Below the pieces are notes generated by a model. The model made no database searches. It saw nothing but the letters and a program-made list of their open reading frames with translations, and was not told the DNA's origin. The translations under genes and the position numbers were made by a program. From the human T2T-CHM13v2.0 reference genome, Homo sapiens, in the NCBI RefSeq assembly GCF_009914755.1, contig NC_060940.1: 64,000 nt of DNA. One strand, 5' to 3'. Below are positions 32,900-52,955 of the stretch, piece by piece. Position 1 is the stretch's first letter; every line of letters begins with the position of its first letter.

Positions 32900-33228
32900 A
32901 TTTTTGTTTTGTTTTGTTTTGTTTGTTTGGTTTTTTTTTTGGAGATGGAGTCTCACTCTGTTCCCCAGGCTGGAGTACAGTGTACAGTGGCACGATCTCA
33001 GCTGACCACAACCTCTGCCTCCCAGGCTCAACCAATTTTCGTGCCTCAGCCTCCAATGTAGCTGGGATTACAGGCACCTGCCACCATGCCTGACTAATTC
33101 TTGTATATTTAATAGAGATGGGGCTTTGCCATGTTGATAAGGCTGGTCTCAAAATCCTGACCTCAGGTGACCTGCCCATCTCAGTCTCCCAAATGCCGGG
33201 ATTACAGGTGTGAGCCACCGAGCCCGGC
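32900..33228 (-). mobile_element. AluS in L1
   Basis: TSD tgaagttaatttt. Confidence 0.88.
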
Positions 33229-33237
33229 TGAAGTTAA

Positions 33238-33756
<519 letters not shown>

Positions 33757-35743
33757 TAGTAAGTTTTAAAATCAGAAGCGTGAGTCCTCCAACTTTTTCA
33801 CTGTTGTGGATCCCTTCCATTCTTATATGAATTTTAGGATCAGGTCACCAATTTCTGCAACAACAGCAACAACAACAAAAGCAGCTGGCATTTTGGTAGG
33901 GATTGTGTTGAATCTGTAGGTCAACTTTGGATATTGCCATTGTAATATTGTCCTTCAATTCATGAACATGGGATGTCTTTCCATTTATTTGTCTTCTTTA
34001 ATTTCTTTCAATAATGTTTTCAGAGTATATGTTGCACTTCTTTTGTTAAATTTATTCCTATCTTATTCTTTTCAATGCAATTGCAAATGGAATTATTTTC
34101 TTATTCAGAATATTCATTGCTAACCTGAATACTTACTTTTGGCATTTGGTGGCAGGAACTCAAGGGCATATTAGGATACATCAGTTGCTTGAAGTGAATT
34201 AAATTATTTCATGCATGTACTAAGAGCGAAATGGGTGTCAGTGCTGCTAAGCTGGTGAGGCCACCCCCAAATGACTGTGCGATTGATGACCTGATTCCTC
34301 TATGACTGTTATAGAGAAAGACTTTCTCTTGCCAAAGTATCTAGAAAGTTTTCAATCATTCTGTGTATCATCTTATCATTCTATTTGCTACCCTCACTAA
34401 ATGGAGCAGTCCCAGTACTATTTGTGCCATCATTCATTTGGAAGAGAGATTTGATTCCCAAAAGATTATCATACTCTTCAACTGTAGTGAGATTATGGTG
34501 ACTTTGCACCAGAGTAATGTTATGCTAAAGGCATTGCAGTAGAATGATCCACTGGAGATTAAAAACCTCATTCTGTATCATAAAACAAAGACCTCCATCC
34601 TCAGTGAACACATTATCTAAATTCTACTCCACCAAGAATGTATCTCTAGTTAAGCTGTTTCCTTGCCCGAAAAAGCATTATCAGCTCTGCATTGTTTACA
34701 TCTTTAATTTCACACCCTCCATGATTTGACACCGCCTGTTTCTGATCATGTTCACCTCTCATTGTGCCCTTCGTTGCAGTTACCTGGTACAGTTGCTGTT
34801 TTCTAAATATACCATATATTTTGTCTCTCTACTCCTGCCACCACCTTGCCTCTGCTGTCACAGCTCCGTCTACCTGAAGCAATCTTCCTCTTGTCTGCCC
34901 CTATGAGAATCCTTACCATTCTTCAAGATTAGGTTTAAGTGCTCCCTCCTCCATGAAATCTTCCCCAAGAAGAATAGATATCACCCATCCTGTTGCTCTC
35001 ATCCTGCTTAGTACCTCTAACTTCCTAGAAGTAAGGACAAAATCTCCATCATCTCTCAATCTCCAGTGCCGTATGGCTTCCCTTGCATATAGTATGTATA
35101 CATTCAATGTTTTCATTGAATTGGTTAGATGGAAAGATATTTCTTAAACTGCAGTTTGGAAATTAAATTCTGATATATTTTCAGGACTATGTGTATTCTC
35201 TAAAATAATGTTTAAAATATTGTGTTTTCATTTTAATAATAATTCTGAATCACCAGGATCCACGTTATAATCAAGTTGCATTGCACAATTTTAATGCCCA
35301 TATGTGTGTTTGAGAAACATTGGAGTAAAACATTATTCAGAATGTGTGTAAAGTTCTGATTACAGTGGAGTGCTGGCTGTAAGTAATCATTCGATTTTTG
35401 GAAAATATAATTCGTTTTAGCTAGCAGTACCTTAATGTGCAGGATAAGATATTCTTTAGTTACTTCTTCTTGGTAGAAAATGAAGAGAGCAGTTAGGAAT
35501 GGTTTTGTCTGTGTTCACATGTGTGTCTCAAAAAGAAAAGGGGGGGCAGGAGGAGAAAGAAGAGAGCCCCCCTACATTAATAATAGAGTTTTAAAAGAAT
35601 GGTGTAAGAATTTGGCAGAGTGGAATTCTTTTTCTTACTTGATTTTTCTCAGTTTCACTTTTATGACCTGTTTTAGTGAATTAGGGGAATGATTGAGCCC
35701 TTGAAATTAGCAGGTCCTCTGACTCCAAAAGTTTAGTGTGTTC

Positions 35744-36009
35744 TTTTTTTTTTTTTTTGGAAAAAGGGTCTTGCTGTGTCACGCAGACTGGAGTGCAGTG
35801 GCACAATCATAGCTTACTGCAGTCCTCGAACATCTGGGCTCAAGTCCTCCTCCCACCTCAGCCTCCCTAGTAGCTGGGACTACAGGCACATGCTACCATA
35901 CCCAGCTAATTTTTAAAATAACTTTTTTAGAGACAAGCTTTCGCCATATTGCCCAAGCTGGTCTTGAACTCCTGGCCTCAAGCCATCCTCCCACCTCAGC
36001 TGCCCAAAT
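35744..36009 (-). mobile_element. AluJ-like (5' truncated)
   Basis: Antisense match. Confidence 0.83.
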
Positions 36010-36561
36010 CTTGTTAATTCAGATTTGACAGCACCCCTCTGCTATGTAAGCAACTCTTGTTGCAAGTCATTTCAGATCCTTTCTGGAAGAAGATGGGATC
36101 TGATATGCATAAATGAATCGATCACTCTAGACTTCAGAGTACCATTGAAAAGCTTAATGAAAAATCTTCCAAATTCTAATTTGTTAAAAGAATCTTTTCA
36201 CAATGCCAGAATTGATATAGGCAAGTCATAGGCAGGTTAAAATTTTTTCAGCTCTCTCACTTGATTGTTCACCTTCCAAAGCAACTCATTTTTGTCAAGT
36301 TTGTTCAAACAAATCTAGATCCTTCACTGGCTTTCTTGAACACACAGCTGTTTGCTTCTCAATAAGGTTGATTGGTGCTGACTTCCTGAGAATAGGGAGT
36401 TGCAAATAGCCAGGTGTTGTCATTACCATTGCACAAAGTAGAAGCCATTAGAACTAAGCTAAGATAAACCCCACTCATTAGAATCTACTGGAGTAAGTTT
36501 CTAAAAGTGGGCTTGGATTTACTGTGTTCATTTCTCTGAAGCTTTTTAGAAATACCTGAGG

Positions 36562-36886
36562 AGGCTGGGCACGGTGGCTCACGCCTGTAATCCCAGCATT
36601 TTGGGAGGCCGAGGTGGTCGGATCACCTGAGGTTGGGAGTTCGAGACCAGCCTGACCAACGTGGAGAAACCCCATCTCTACTAAAAATACAAAATTAGCC
36701 AGGCATGGTGGCGCATGCCTGTAATCCCAGCTACTCAAGAGGCTGAGACAGGAGAATCATTTGAAACCAGGAGGTGGAGGTTGCAGGAAGCCAAGATCGT
36801 GCCATTGCACTCCAGCCTGGGCAACAAGAGCGAAACTCTGTCTCAAAAAAAAAAAAAAAAAAAAAAGGAAAAAAAAAAAAAAGAAA
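36562..36886 (+). mobile_element. AluSp/Sq-like
   Basis: ggagaaacccc, ggcaacaagagcgaaact; TSD agaaatacctgagga. Confidence 0.9.
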
Positions 36887-37621
36887 GAAATACCTGAGGA
36901 AAAGAAGATTGTCTCTTTAACTTCAGTTTCATGAGTGCCTCTTCATCTAAATGTTGTAGTCTGTAATGAATGCTTTCTGAAAATGGTGTGGGGGAATTTG
37001 GAAATCAGTATTTTTTGTAAAAGTCATTTAATGCATATCTTTAAGGAGACAGAGAAATAGTAATGAATGTTTGCCCTTGTCAGGGGACAAATGTGTGCTG
37101 TCTTTCATTAAAAGATGAATTAGGATCTCGGAGCCTTACGGTTCAAATAAGTTTCAACTGAGTCAATGGGAACATCTCATCTGGATAAAGAAAAGTACAA
37201 ACAACAAGAAGCAACAACCAAAACCAAAGAACCCCTCCTGGATGGGATAATAGTGGTTTTGTTGCCAATCAGAAACTAGGAAATAATAGTGGGTATCCCA
37301 GAACCCTAGATTTTAATTCATACTCAAATAGGTTAGCCAATAGTTGTGAAATACACTCAGCATGTAACTCCTTCTTGCAAGCTACTACTGTAAGTAGTTA
37401 CACACCTTTTTTTTTTTTAATAGGTTAGCACATATACTAAGATGATTCAGCTCTTTGGGAAAGTTATATGTATATATGCTGATATTATAGGAGTCATGCT
37501 GTATACCAGGTTGTTGTCTCAATTAAAATTGTAATTAGAGGAAAGAAAATTATTTGGTTTAATTTTTTCTTTTGTTATACTTTGGTTATAAAATTGACTT
37601 TTGAGCCATTTTAAAAATATG

Positions 37622-38245
<624 letters not shown>

Positions 38246-38359
38246 CCCAAGTTCCTTAGTTTTGACAAATCTAACTTTTTTGATGTTTCATATTGATAGA
38301 CATAGGATTGACATTGAGGTATTCTACAACTTTATATATGAAGAGCATTCCAGTTTTCA

Positions 38360-38830
38360 TATATCAGGATGCTTTTGGCTGCAAGTAACAGAAATTCCCA
38401 ACTCAAGTGGCTTAACAAAGAATGAATTATCACACATAACAAAAATTCCAGGATTGCTAATTCTCTAGCTCAGTGACATCATTGAAGACCCATATTCTTT
38501 TCATCTTTCTCTGTCAACCACAGCTTATGGGCCTTATCCTTTAGTTCCTCATGGTTTCAAGTTGGTTGCAGCAACTCTAAGGCAACCCTAATTCATATAT
38601 CCTTATGATAGCCAAAGGCAAAAAGTTTTCTGAGAGTCTTCTAGCAGACTTTCCTTCACAACTCCTTGTCCAGAACTGGGTCACATGCCCATGCCTAAAC
38701 CAATTAAAGCAAAGGGAGATGTCCACCACGATTCACTTAGACCAATGGAAACTGTAGCCTGAATCACATGGGGAGGGATGGCGACAGGTGGATACTTGAA
38801 CAAAATTAATGTACTGTTTGTAAGGAAAAT
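38360..38830. mobile_element. MLT1-family MaLR LTR fragment
   Basis: ggatgcttttggctgcaagtaacagaaattcccaactcaagtggcttaac...cagaactgggtcacatgcccatgcctaaaccaat. Confidence 0.6.
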
Positions 38831-38899
38831 TGGGAAAATGCCAGTGAGATGTATACAAAATTTGACATAGAGGAATCCCTAAAGCTCAAATTAACCCCT

Positions 38900-39210
38900 G
38901 GGCTGGGCACAGTGGCTCACACTTATAATCTCAGCACTTTGGGAGTCTAAGGCAGGAGGATCACTTGAGCCCAGGAGTTCGAGACCAGCCTGGGCAACAT
39001 AGCAAGGCCCAATCTCTGTAAAAAAAATTGTAACCAGCTGGGCATGGTGGTGTGCATCTATAGTCCCACCCTACTCAGGAGGCTAAAGCAAGAGGATCTC
39101 TTGAGCCCAGGAGTTTGATTCTGCAGTGAGTTATGATTGCACCACTGCACTCTAGCCTGGGTGACAGAACAAGACCTTGTCTCAAAAAAAAAAAAAAAAG
39201 AAAAAGAAAA
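38900..39210 (+). mobile_element. AluJ-like
   Basis: Full dimer. Confidence 0.87.
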
Positions 39211-39705
39211 GACAAAGAACCTCTTATGTAGGATCTTAAAATTCAATGCCTATGCCAAATTGCAGCCCTGGAAGATTCTTTGACTATGTGCATTCATTTT
39301 GTTCTCCATAGAAACCAGTTCAAGCCAACTCCCACCTGGAGACTAGGGTACAATACAGTCCTGAGACCTCTATCACAAGATCAGAAGGGAGGGAAGATTA
39401 GTCAGAGGGTAGCAGAGCCCCAAGAAATGAAGGCAAGGTCATAAATCCCCAAAGAAGACCAGGTTTGAGCCAAGTATGTGACAGATCTAGGCTATGTATG
39501 TGAGGCCTAAGAGAGGTCCAGTCTCGGAGAACGTGGAGGCAGGGGCCCTTTGAGAAATGCAGAGTGGATGCAGTGAGTGTTCCAGTTCTTCCAGTCCAAC
39601 ACTTGGAAAACAAGGTAGCAAGTGAGCCCAGAGCCAGCTGACCAGGTACAATGCAGGGTCTGAGATGCTGACACTCCCACTGGCTTCTTGGGTTCTCAGA
39701 TGTAG

Positions 39706-40083
<378 letters not shown>

Positions 40084-40532
40084 AATGGATGCTCATTTTC
40101 AAAGGAGTGCTGGAGCTCAGTTAGGGCAGGAATTTACATAAATGGAACGTTAAGTTGCAGTTTTGTTAATATAGTGATATGCTCTTGACTTATATGGCCA
40201 GTCAGTATAAGAAACAGCCGTATGATTCCTGCATTGAATATAAAGCTTCTATTGCCCACTCTCTTCTTCACTTTTCCACCAGGCCCTCACATGCCTTGTT
40301 CCTTGAGGTCTTCTCCTCTGAGAGCTCTTCCCTGAGCCCTCACCCACATTGTCAACTCCCCCGCTCCTTATTTTTTTTCATAGCCTTCATTGCTGCTGGA
40401 AATTTTATTATTTATTGTCTTTCTTCCCCGCTAGAAGTAGGCTTCATGAAGATGGGAGCTTTGATTTCTTGTTCATGCCATATTGTCCTCAGTACTGAGA
40501 ACATTGGCACATTGGAGTACTGTGGGCACTCA

Positions 40533-40717
<185 letters not shown>

Positions 40718-40944
40718 ATTTGCCGGATGAATGAATGAGATACCTCTTAGTGTCCTTCCTGAAGTTTCTCTCTCTTCATGATGTTCCTTCTTTTATTGGA
40801 TAATGAGAGCTGTGTTTTCTAATTCCTTTTTTGCCTTAGCTACCAAGAATTGTAAAATTAAACTACTAAACTCTTGGTTTATTTGCAGTAGCCATTCTTA
40901 GCTTGGGATGTCTGCACTTCTCTCACTTACTGTAGAGGTTTTAA

Positions 40945-41358
<414 letters not shown>

Positions 41359-42196
41359 TGAACTAATTGAAGGGTAACAGGGAGTAGTGAAAAAAAAATG
41401 AACACACTTTAGAGTCTGAGCAAATAAGATAATACTGGAGCTGTTGTTAATAGAATAGAAACCAGATCAAACATTACTCATAAAAGTCCCTCTCTGTCAC
41501 CATTTTGGCACATCTCACTCCATTGTTATTGCTTGGTCAGTATTTTTCCTCTTCCCCATTAGGTTTTGCCATGAGGGTAAGGACTGTATCTTTCTTGCTT
41601 ATGATTAGCCCCCCAGGGCCCAGCACAGTGGCAGACACATAGTACACACTTAATCATTATTTGATAAGTTAATATGCCTTTTCTTTATCATTTATTTTTA
41701 ACTATAAGCCACTATATTAGTAAACATTAAAATGTTTCTCCTGTGTTCTTACCCTTTTCAACCTGCAATTTCCCCTGCTTGTAGATTCCAAACTTCCTTC
41801 ATTTTTTATGTGCCTTCCTTCCTGACAAGGAACCTTCTTCCTTTAACCACAACAGCCTCCCACTCCAGGGCTCATGAATGTGTGCCTTTTCTTCCTTCCC
41901 CAGTCTCCTAAATCTCATTTTCCTAATGACTAAACTGAAAGTGACTCACCAACTCACACACTTAGAAGTGGAAGGGGCCTGAGAGGTCATCTTGTCTCAC
42001 TGGCTCATCTCCACTTCCAGGGAAGCGAAGTGAATTGCCCAGGGGTCACTCTGCTGGTTGGCAGCAGGGCCAACCCTAGAACACAGATCTCTAACTCTGG
42101 ATCCTCATCTCCCACTGCAGAGTGAGCAAGCCCCCTTCCTAACTCCAGAAAGAGAAAGCACTGCAACAAAGGTAGAAAAGTATATTTTAGTCTTAG

Positions 42197-42752
<556 letters not shown>

Positions 42753-42947
42753 GGAAATCTCTTAAATGCAATATATCATAGGAGTTACTCATAGGTAACT
42801 CATAGGAATTAAGTATCAGACCATTTAAGTTTGATCCCAGCTCTATTTACTCTTCAAACAAGTTAACTCCTTTGTCTTAGTATATGTCCTTTCTCTTTTT
42901 TCCTATGCATTTGAATATTTAATGTACATATTTAAATCTGTATGTTT

Positions 42948-43240
42948 GCCGGGCGCGGTGGCTCACGCCTGTAATCCCAGCACTTTGGAGGCCGAGGCGG
43001 GCGGATCACGAGGTCAGGAGATCGAGACTATCCTGGCTAACACGGTGAAACCCCATCTCTACTAAAAATATTAAAAAGAAAATTAGCCGGGCGTGGTGGC
43101 GGGTGCCTGTAGTCCCAGCTACTCAGGAGGTTGAGGCCCGGGAGGCGGAGCTTGCAGTGAGCCAAGATCACGCCACTGCACTCCAGCCTGGGCGACAGAG
43201 TGAGACTCCGTCTCAAAAAATAAATAAATAAATAAATAAA
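42948..43240 (+). mobile_element. AluY (small internal deletion)
   Basis: AluY diagnostics; TSD taaatctgtatgtttg. Confidence 0.92.
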
Positions 43241-43942
43241 TCTGTATGTTTGATTTGTTAATAGTAGGAAAAGTTGTGTGTGTGCATATTTGCATACATA
43301 AATGGGAATACTGGTTCTGGTAGTTTCTTTCACTTTAACAATGTCTTGAGGAGAGCTTTTCATGTCAGTATATATAATTCTGTCATGTTCATTTTAATCA
43401 CTGCATAGTAATCCGTAATATGGGTATACCATGGTTATTTAACCTTTCCTATATGAATTTTTTAGTTTATTTCTTCTCATTTTTCACGATTACAATTCAC
43501 TAAATTCTTGATGCAGATGTCCTTGTGCAGATATGTAACTACCTCTCTAGGATAGATAATTAGAAATGCAAAGACTGGGTCAAAGAGTCTGAGATGACAA
43601 TTCAAATCTCCTCTTTTCTATTCTGAAAATAGGTTATGTCTAGGTCATCAATGATTTAGTTTTGGCAGCATACGTTGATGTTAACAGGACAGAGGTGAGT
43701 CTTATGACTGCATGTAGTATGTTAGGAATTGGGAGCATTTTGGAGAAAGTACTCCTTTATCTTTTTCTTATACTGTATGGAAGGTACATTGTGCTTTGGA
43801 CCTTGAGGGGAAAACAAAAACAAAAACGAAAAAAAACAAACTTCTTCGTCCTCTTCCTTCCAAGGGACTGAGACTAGCAAAGTCATGCTTTCGAGCAACC
43901 TCTGCTTGACTCTGTGACAGCATTTGCCACACAGTTCTATAA

Positions 43943-44203
<261 letters not shown>

Positions 44204-44286
44204 TAGCATGATACCTAGTACATAATTATGTTTTGTTGAATAAATGAATGAATTCAATTCAATATTACCATTTCCTGTACCTAGTA

Positions 44287-44620
44287 CAGTCATGTGTTGC
44301 TTAACAATGGGAATACATTCTGAGAAATGTGTAGTTAGGTGATTTTGTCATTGTACAAACATCATAAAATGTGCCTACACAAACCTAGATGATATTATAT
44401 TTATATATATTTTTTATACAGAAAATCAAATGTCCCAGTGTCCCAGCACCATTACTGAATACTAATTATTTCCCCAACTTGATCTAATACTAATTATTTC
44501 CCCAACTTGATCCCCAACTTGATCAGGTTTCTAAATGTGTGCTGCCCTACAATCTGATAGGACCAGTGTTGTATATGCAGTCCATGATTGACCAAAGCAT
44601 TGTTATGCAGCTCATGACTG
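44287..44620. mobile_element. Tigger3-family (MER7/Tigger3d-like) non-autonomous DNA transposon
   Basis: TIRs CAGTCATG...CATGACTG, TA target duplications on both sides, Tigger3 terminal sequence. Confidence 0.8.
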
Positions 44621-44934
44621 TATATGCAAAGACTGCTAAGACCTGATGGGATCAGAGATGAAGGAGTCAAAGTTCTACCCTCAAGGAATTTATAGTCTTA
44701 TGGAAGAAACAGATACAGGCTTAAAACATTTAGGAACCAAGGCACGAGTGACAAATGTGATTTAAGTCAAAGCGACTTAAGCACAAAGTATTGTGAGACT
44801 TTCAAGGAGGGCTAATTGAAGCTCACTGAGGGGAAGAGGCAGGTTCCACAAAGAAAGTGGCATTTGAACTGGGCCTGGTAGGACAGGTCAGTGATTTATC
44901 AATATAGGTCATCATTTGGTGATTAAAAATAGGT

Positions 44935-45190
44935 GACTTTATGCTTGTAATCCTAACACTTTGGGAGGTAGAGGCAGGAGGATCACTTGAGTTTAGAAGT
45001 TCAAGACCAGCCTGGGCAACATAGTGAGACCCTGTTTCTACAAAAAAATCAAAAAATTAGGCGCGATGGCATACACCTGTCTTCCCAGCTACTCTGGAGG
45101 CTGAGGTGAGAGGATCACTTGAGCCCAGGAGATTGAGGCTGCAGTGAGCTGTGATCACTCCAGCCTGGGTAACAGAGCAAGACCCACCCC
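44935..45190 (+). mobile_element. AluJ-like, degenerate
   Basis: Dimer with deletions. Confidence 0.8.
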
Positions 45191-45201
45191 CCCTTTATAT
45201 A

Positions 45202-45205
<4 letters not shown>

Positions 45206-45242
<37 letters not shown>

Positions 45243-45247
45243 TGTGT
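45206..45247. repeat. (TG)n microsatellite
   Basis: Seen directly; one interruption. Confidence 0.9.
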
Positions 45248-45269
45248 ATGCGGAATCTTCTTATCACCA

Positions 45270-45930
45270 CCTCTACTGTTGTCTTTCCAGCTACTTACTG
45301 TAGTAGGTTTCTACCTTGGACCCTTGTTCCACCCTGGACATACATGGTACCCAACAATGTGTTCTCAGCACTGCAGCCAGTGTGATCTTTTTGCACTCCT
45401 TTGCTCAGAATCCTCCAAAGGCCTCTCATTGTACTCTGAGAAAAAGTTCAAGTCCTTGCAGTGTCCTGCAAGGCCCTTCATGATCTACCCCACCTTCCCA
45501 TCCCTGCCCTTACTTCTCTAGCCTCATCTAGGGCTTCCTTGGTGTTCTCAGACATGCCAGGCGTGCTCCTCTACAGGTTTTTACACTGGCTGTTCTCTCT
45601 TCCTGGTATGCTCTTCTCCCAGAAATGCACATGACTGATACGCTCACCTTCCAGTCTTTGTTTAAATGTCACCTTCTCAATGAAGCCTACCTTTACCACC
45701 TTTTTAAAACCTGAAGTCGGCCACCATTCCCATTATTCCTTATTTCCCTTACCTGTTTTACTTTTTTTGCCCCTATAGTATGTATTACCTTCTAACATTC
45801 TATCTAATTTACACTAGAATATAAGCCACAGAAGGGCAGGAATCATGGTCTCTTGTTTCGCAGCATATGCCAAGCATCTGGAACAATGCTTAGCACATAC
45901 TAGGCCTCTCGTTAAATATTTGTCTAATAA
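45270..45930 (+). mobile_element. L2 (L2a-like) 3' fragment
   Basis: cactcctttgctcagaatcctcca...aagtccttgc...aaatgtcaccttctcaatgaagcct...ctagaatataagc...cttagcacatactagg. Confidence 0.65.
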
Positions 45931-46140
45931 TCATAGTTCTCTTTCTCCAGGACCCAAATGCCTTGATTGTTTTTCACTCAATTTGCTTATCCAAGCAGAC
46001 AGCAGGATAAGACAGGGAAAAGTAGGCTGATGATTGGGGTCTAGGGTCTAGCCTGGGGGCCACACTTTTTGTTTGTGTGACCTTGGGCTAATTATAGTTG
46101 GGCTGGGTTTGTGAAAGTTTATTAAGCTATATACTTATGA

Positions 46141-46478
<338 letters not shown>

Positions 46479-46714
46479 GTGTATGTAAATTTTTTAAGTT
46501 TTCTGTAATAAGACTCTGAAAATAACTGCTAGTAACACTATGGGGAATATCTTCACATGTTTTATCTCTACATGTAGACTTTTGAGAATAAAATTGAGAT
46601 TCTACATGCTTTTTCACAAAACCATACATCATGAATATTTTTCATAACATGAAATATTCTTCTGGAGCATGATTTTTAATGGTTATGCAAGTACTTTGAA
46701 AAGAATAAGACATT

Positions 46715-47028
<314 letters not shown>

Positions 47029-47077
47029 TCATGCAGTGAACTATGGAAATATAATTCTTCCTTTTTTAAGAAGTTGA

Positions 47078-47296
<219 letters not shown>

Positions 47297-47466
47297 TAAA
47301 GCGTGTTTTCACTTGGACCTACGATGCATCTTGAGATTGGGAGTCAGGAGACCTGGGCTCTTTTTGCAGATCTGCCACTGCCTCCCTGTGAGACAGGGCA
47401 AGTGAGCCATTGAACTTCCCAAGGCTTCATCTGTCTCACATGTATATTGAAAGTTATGTTAGTAAG

Positions 47467-47770
47467 GGCCGGGCATGGTGGCTTGCACCTGTAATCCCAG
47501 CACTTTGGGAGGGCGAGGCGGGTAGATTGCTTGCGGCCAGGAGTCTGAAACCAGCCTGGTCAACATGGCGTAACCCTATCTCTACTAAAAATACAAAAAT
47601 CAGCTGGGCGTGGTGGTACATGCCTATAATCCCGGCTACTCAGGAGGCTGAGGCAGGAGAATCACTTGAACCCAGGAGGCATAGGTTGCAGTAAGCCAAG
47701 ATCACGCCACTGCACTCCAGCCTGGGCAACACAGCGAGATTCTGTCTCAAAAAAAACAAAAACAAAAAAT
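47467..47770 (+). mobile_element. AluS
   Basis: TSD ttatgttagtaag. Confidence 0.9.
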
Positions 47771-48132
47771 TATGTTAGTAAGAATTTCATAGTTGCAGCT
47801 GAGAGGAAGTCATCTTAACCTACCTTAAGCAATAAAAGATGATTTATCATAGAGTCTGATGTAACTAACAGAATTGGAGAAACCTTTAGGAAAAGTAGAT
47901 AGAGCTTTACCCTGAGTCTCTGGGCCATCTGTGAGTCTTATCTCCTCCACTCACAGAAAAATCTCAGGCAAATACTCTAATTGACCCTCTTTGGCCGAGG
48001 CACCCTGTATTCAGGGGGATGGTGTTGTTTACCAAAAAAAAACGCTTAAGTTCCATATTTTGCTCAGCATTTCATACCCAGTGCCTGGTATGTAGTAGGT
48101 AATCAGTAAATTATTGAAAAGATGAATGGTGA

Positions 48133-48492
<360 letters not shown>

Positions 48493-48563
48493 ACTCAGAG
48501 TTTATTAATTAATGAAATGTGCGTCTTGCCCCTGGCCTCTATGAGTGTCTTTCTCTAGCCCCC

Positions 48564-48858
48564 TTTTTTTTTTTTTTGAGACAGAGTCTCGCTCTGTAGC
48601 CCAGGCTGGAGTGCAGTGGCACGATCTCGGCTTACTGCAACCTCCGCCTCCCGGGTCCCAGTTCAAGCAGTTCTCCTCAGCCTCCCGAGTAGCTGGGATT
48701 ACAGGCGCATGCCACTATGCCCAGCTAATTTTTGTGTTTTTAGTAGAGACGGGGTTTCACCATGTTGGCCAGACTGGTCTTGAACTCCTGCCTTTGTGAT
48801 CTGCTCGCCTCGGCCTCCCAAAGTGCTGGGATTACAGGCATGAGCCACCCCTCCTGGC
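48564..48858 (-). mobile_element. AluS
   Basis: TSD ctctagcc. Confidence 0.88.
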
Positions 48859-49098
48859 CCCTCTAGCCTCTTAAATTGTACCTTTGCCTTGTATTTATGT
48901 ACTCATCAATATATCAGTGTATATCTTGAGTATCTGCTGTGTGCACCTACTCTGCTATTTACAGATGATGATAGACAGAAAAAGACTAGTTAACATGTGG
49001 CCGGGAGTCTTTACTACCAATGTACATGACCATCTTAAGTTTTTTTTTGGAAGAAGATGCCTTATAAATTATAAATAAGTAAGTGAAATACAGTTTAA

Positions 49099-50990
<1,892 letters not shown>

Positions 50991-51003
50991 AGGATCAAAT
51001 CTG

Positions 51004-51110
51004 TTTGTTTGTTTGTTTGTTTGTGGTGGAGTCTTGCTCTGTCACCTAGGCTGGAGTGCAGTGGCGTGATCTTGACTCACTGCAGCCTCCACCTCCCAGG
51101 TTCCAGGGAT
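51004..51110 (-). mobile_element. Heavily 5'-truncated Alu
   Basis: 16-bp TSD gagaggatcaaatctg (50988-51003, 51111-51126). Confidence 0.85.
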
Positions 51111-51156
51111 GAGAGGATCAAATCTGAAGAATGACCTACTGAGGGGGAATTTTCCC

Positions 51157-51456
51157 TTCTTTTTTTTATTTTTTGAGATGGAGTCTCGCTTTGTTCCCTA
51201 TGCTGTAGTGCAGTGGTGCAATCTCAGCTCACTGCAACCTCCACCTCCTGGGTTCAAGTGATTCCCCTGTCTTAGCCTCCTGAGTAGCTGGGATTACAGG
51301 TATGAGCCACCATGCCCAGCTAATTTTTGTATTTTTAGTAGAGATGGCATTTCGCCATGTTGGCCAGCTGGCCTCGAACTCCTGACCTCAAGTGATCTGC
51401 GTGCCTCGGCCTCCCGAAGTGCTGGGATTACAGGCATGAGCCACCGCGCCCGGGCC
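51157..51456 (-). mobile_element. AluS
   Basis: TSD ctgag(g/a)gggaatttt. Confidence 0.88.
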
Positions 51457-52060
51457 TGAGAGGGAATTTTTTTCAATGTTTGGCAGTTGTGTCATATCAA
51501 TAAGCAGAGAAGCACACTCACAGATGTATGCATACACTTGAATTTATGGTATTTCCTGATTCTTGAGCTTCATATATTTTGCTTTATTTGGTTATAAGGG
51601 CTACTCTTTTCATTAAATTTCAACCTAGGATTTTCAGGAAAGTTACATATATATCAGTTATTTCCTTCCCTTTAACTGTTCTCTGAGGGATCACCAGGGA
51701 CAGCCTGTTCCTCAGTTTTTGTATCTTCTTTTTTTTTTAGTAACTTAGAAACAATAACTTTAAGTACCTACTTAAAACCCAAGTGTTCTAATATATGTGA
51801 ACCGTTAGGCATCTCATCCTGTTTTAGATGGATTTAGCAAATATCTTGTTCTTTAGTATTATTAAATTGTAACCTTAAGAGAAGGCTTTTATGGGTCTAT
51901 TTGGTTATATTGTCTGAAGATTTCAGACTAGTGTAACTTTTCTGGGTCAGATACTGAAATGATTCCCACATTTTTTTTTCTCTATTTTCTTGGTCTCTTC
52001 ACATAACCCAAACCAAACTGAACTGTAAACTGTGTACTAAAACAAGTTGCTGGTCCATGA

Positions 52061-52554
<494 letters not shown>

Positions 52555-52641
52555 CTCCAAATATTATTATTTTTAAATAATGGCTTTACTGAGATACACT
52601 TCACACACTATACAATTCACCCATTTAAAGTGCACAATTCA

Positions 52642-52955
52642 GGCCAGGTGCAGAGGCCCACGCCTATAATCTCAGCACTTTGGGAGGCCAAGGCAGGCAG
52701 ATCACCTGAGGTCGGGAGTTCAAGACCAACCTGGCCAACATGGTGAAACCCCCTCTCTACCAAAAATACAAAATAAATTAGCCAGGCGTGGTGGCACATG
52801 CCTGTAATCCCAGCTACTTAGGAGGCTGTGGCAGGAGAATCGCTTGAACACGGGAGGCGGAGTTTGCAGTGAGCTAAAACTGTGCCACTACACTCTAGTC
52901 TGGGTGACAGAGCGAGACTTTGTCTCAAAAAAAACTAAAAATTAAAAAAAAATAA
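52642..52955 (+). mobile_element. AluS inside an L1MB 3'-end fragment (~52570-53000)
   Basis: TSD taaagtg(c/t)acaa(t/c)tca. Confidence 0.88.
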
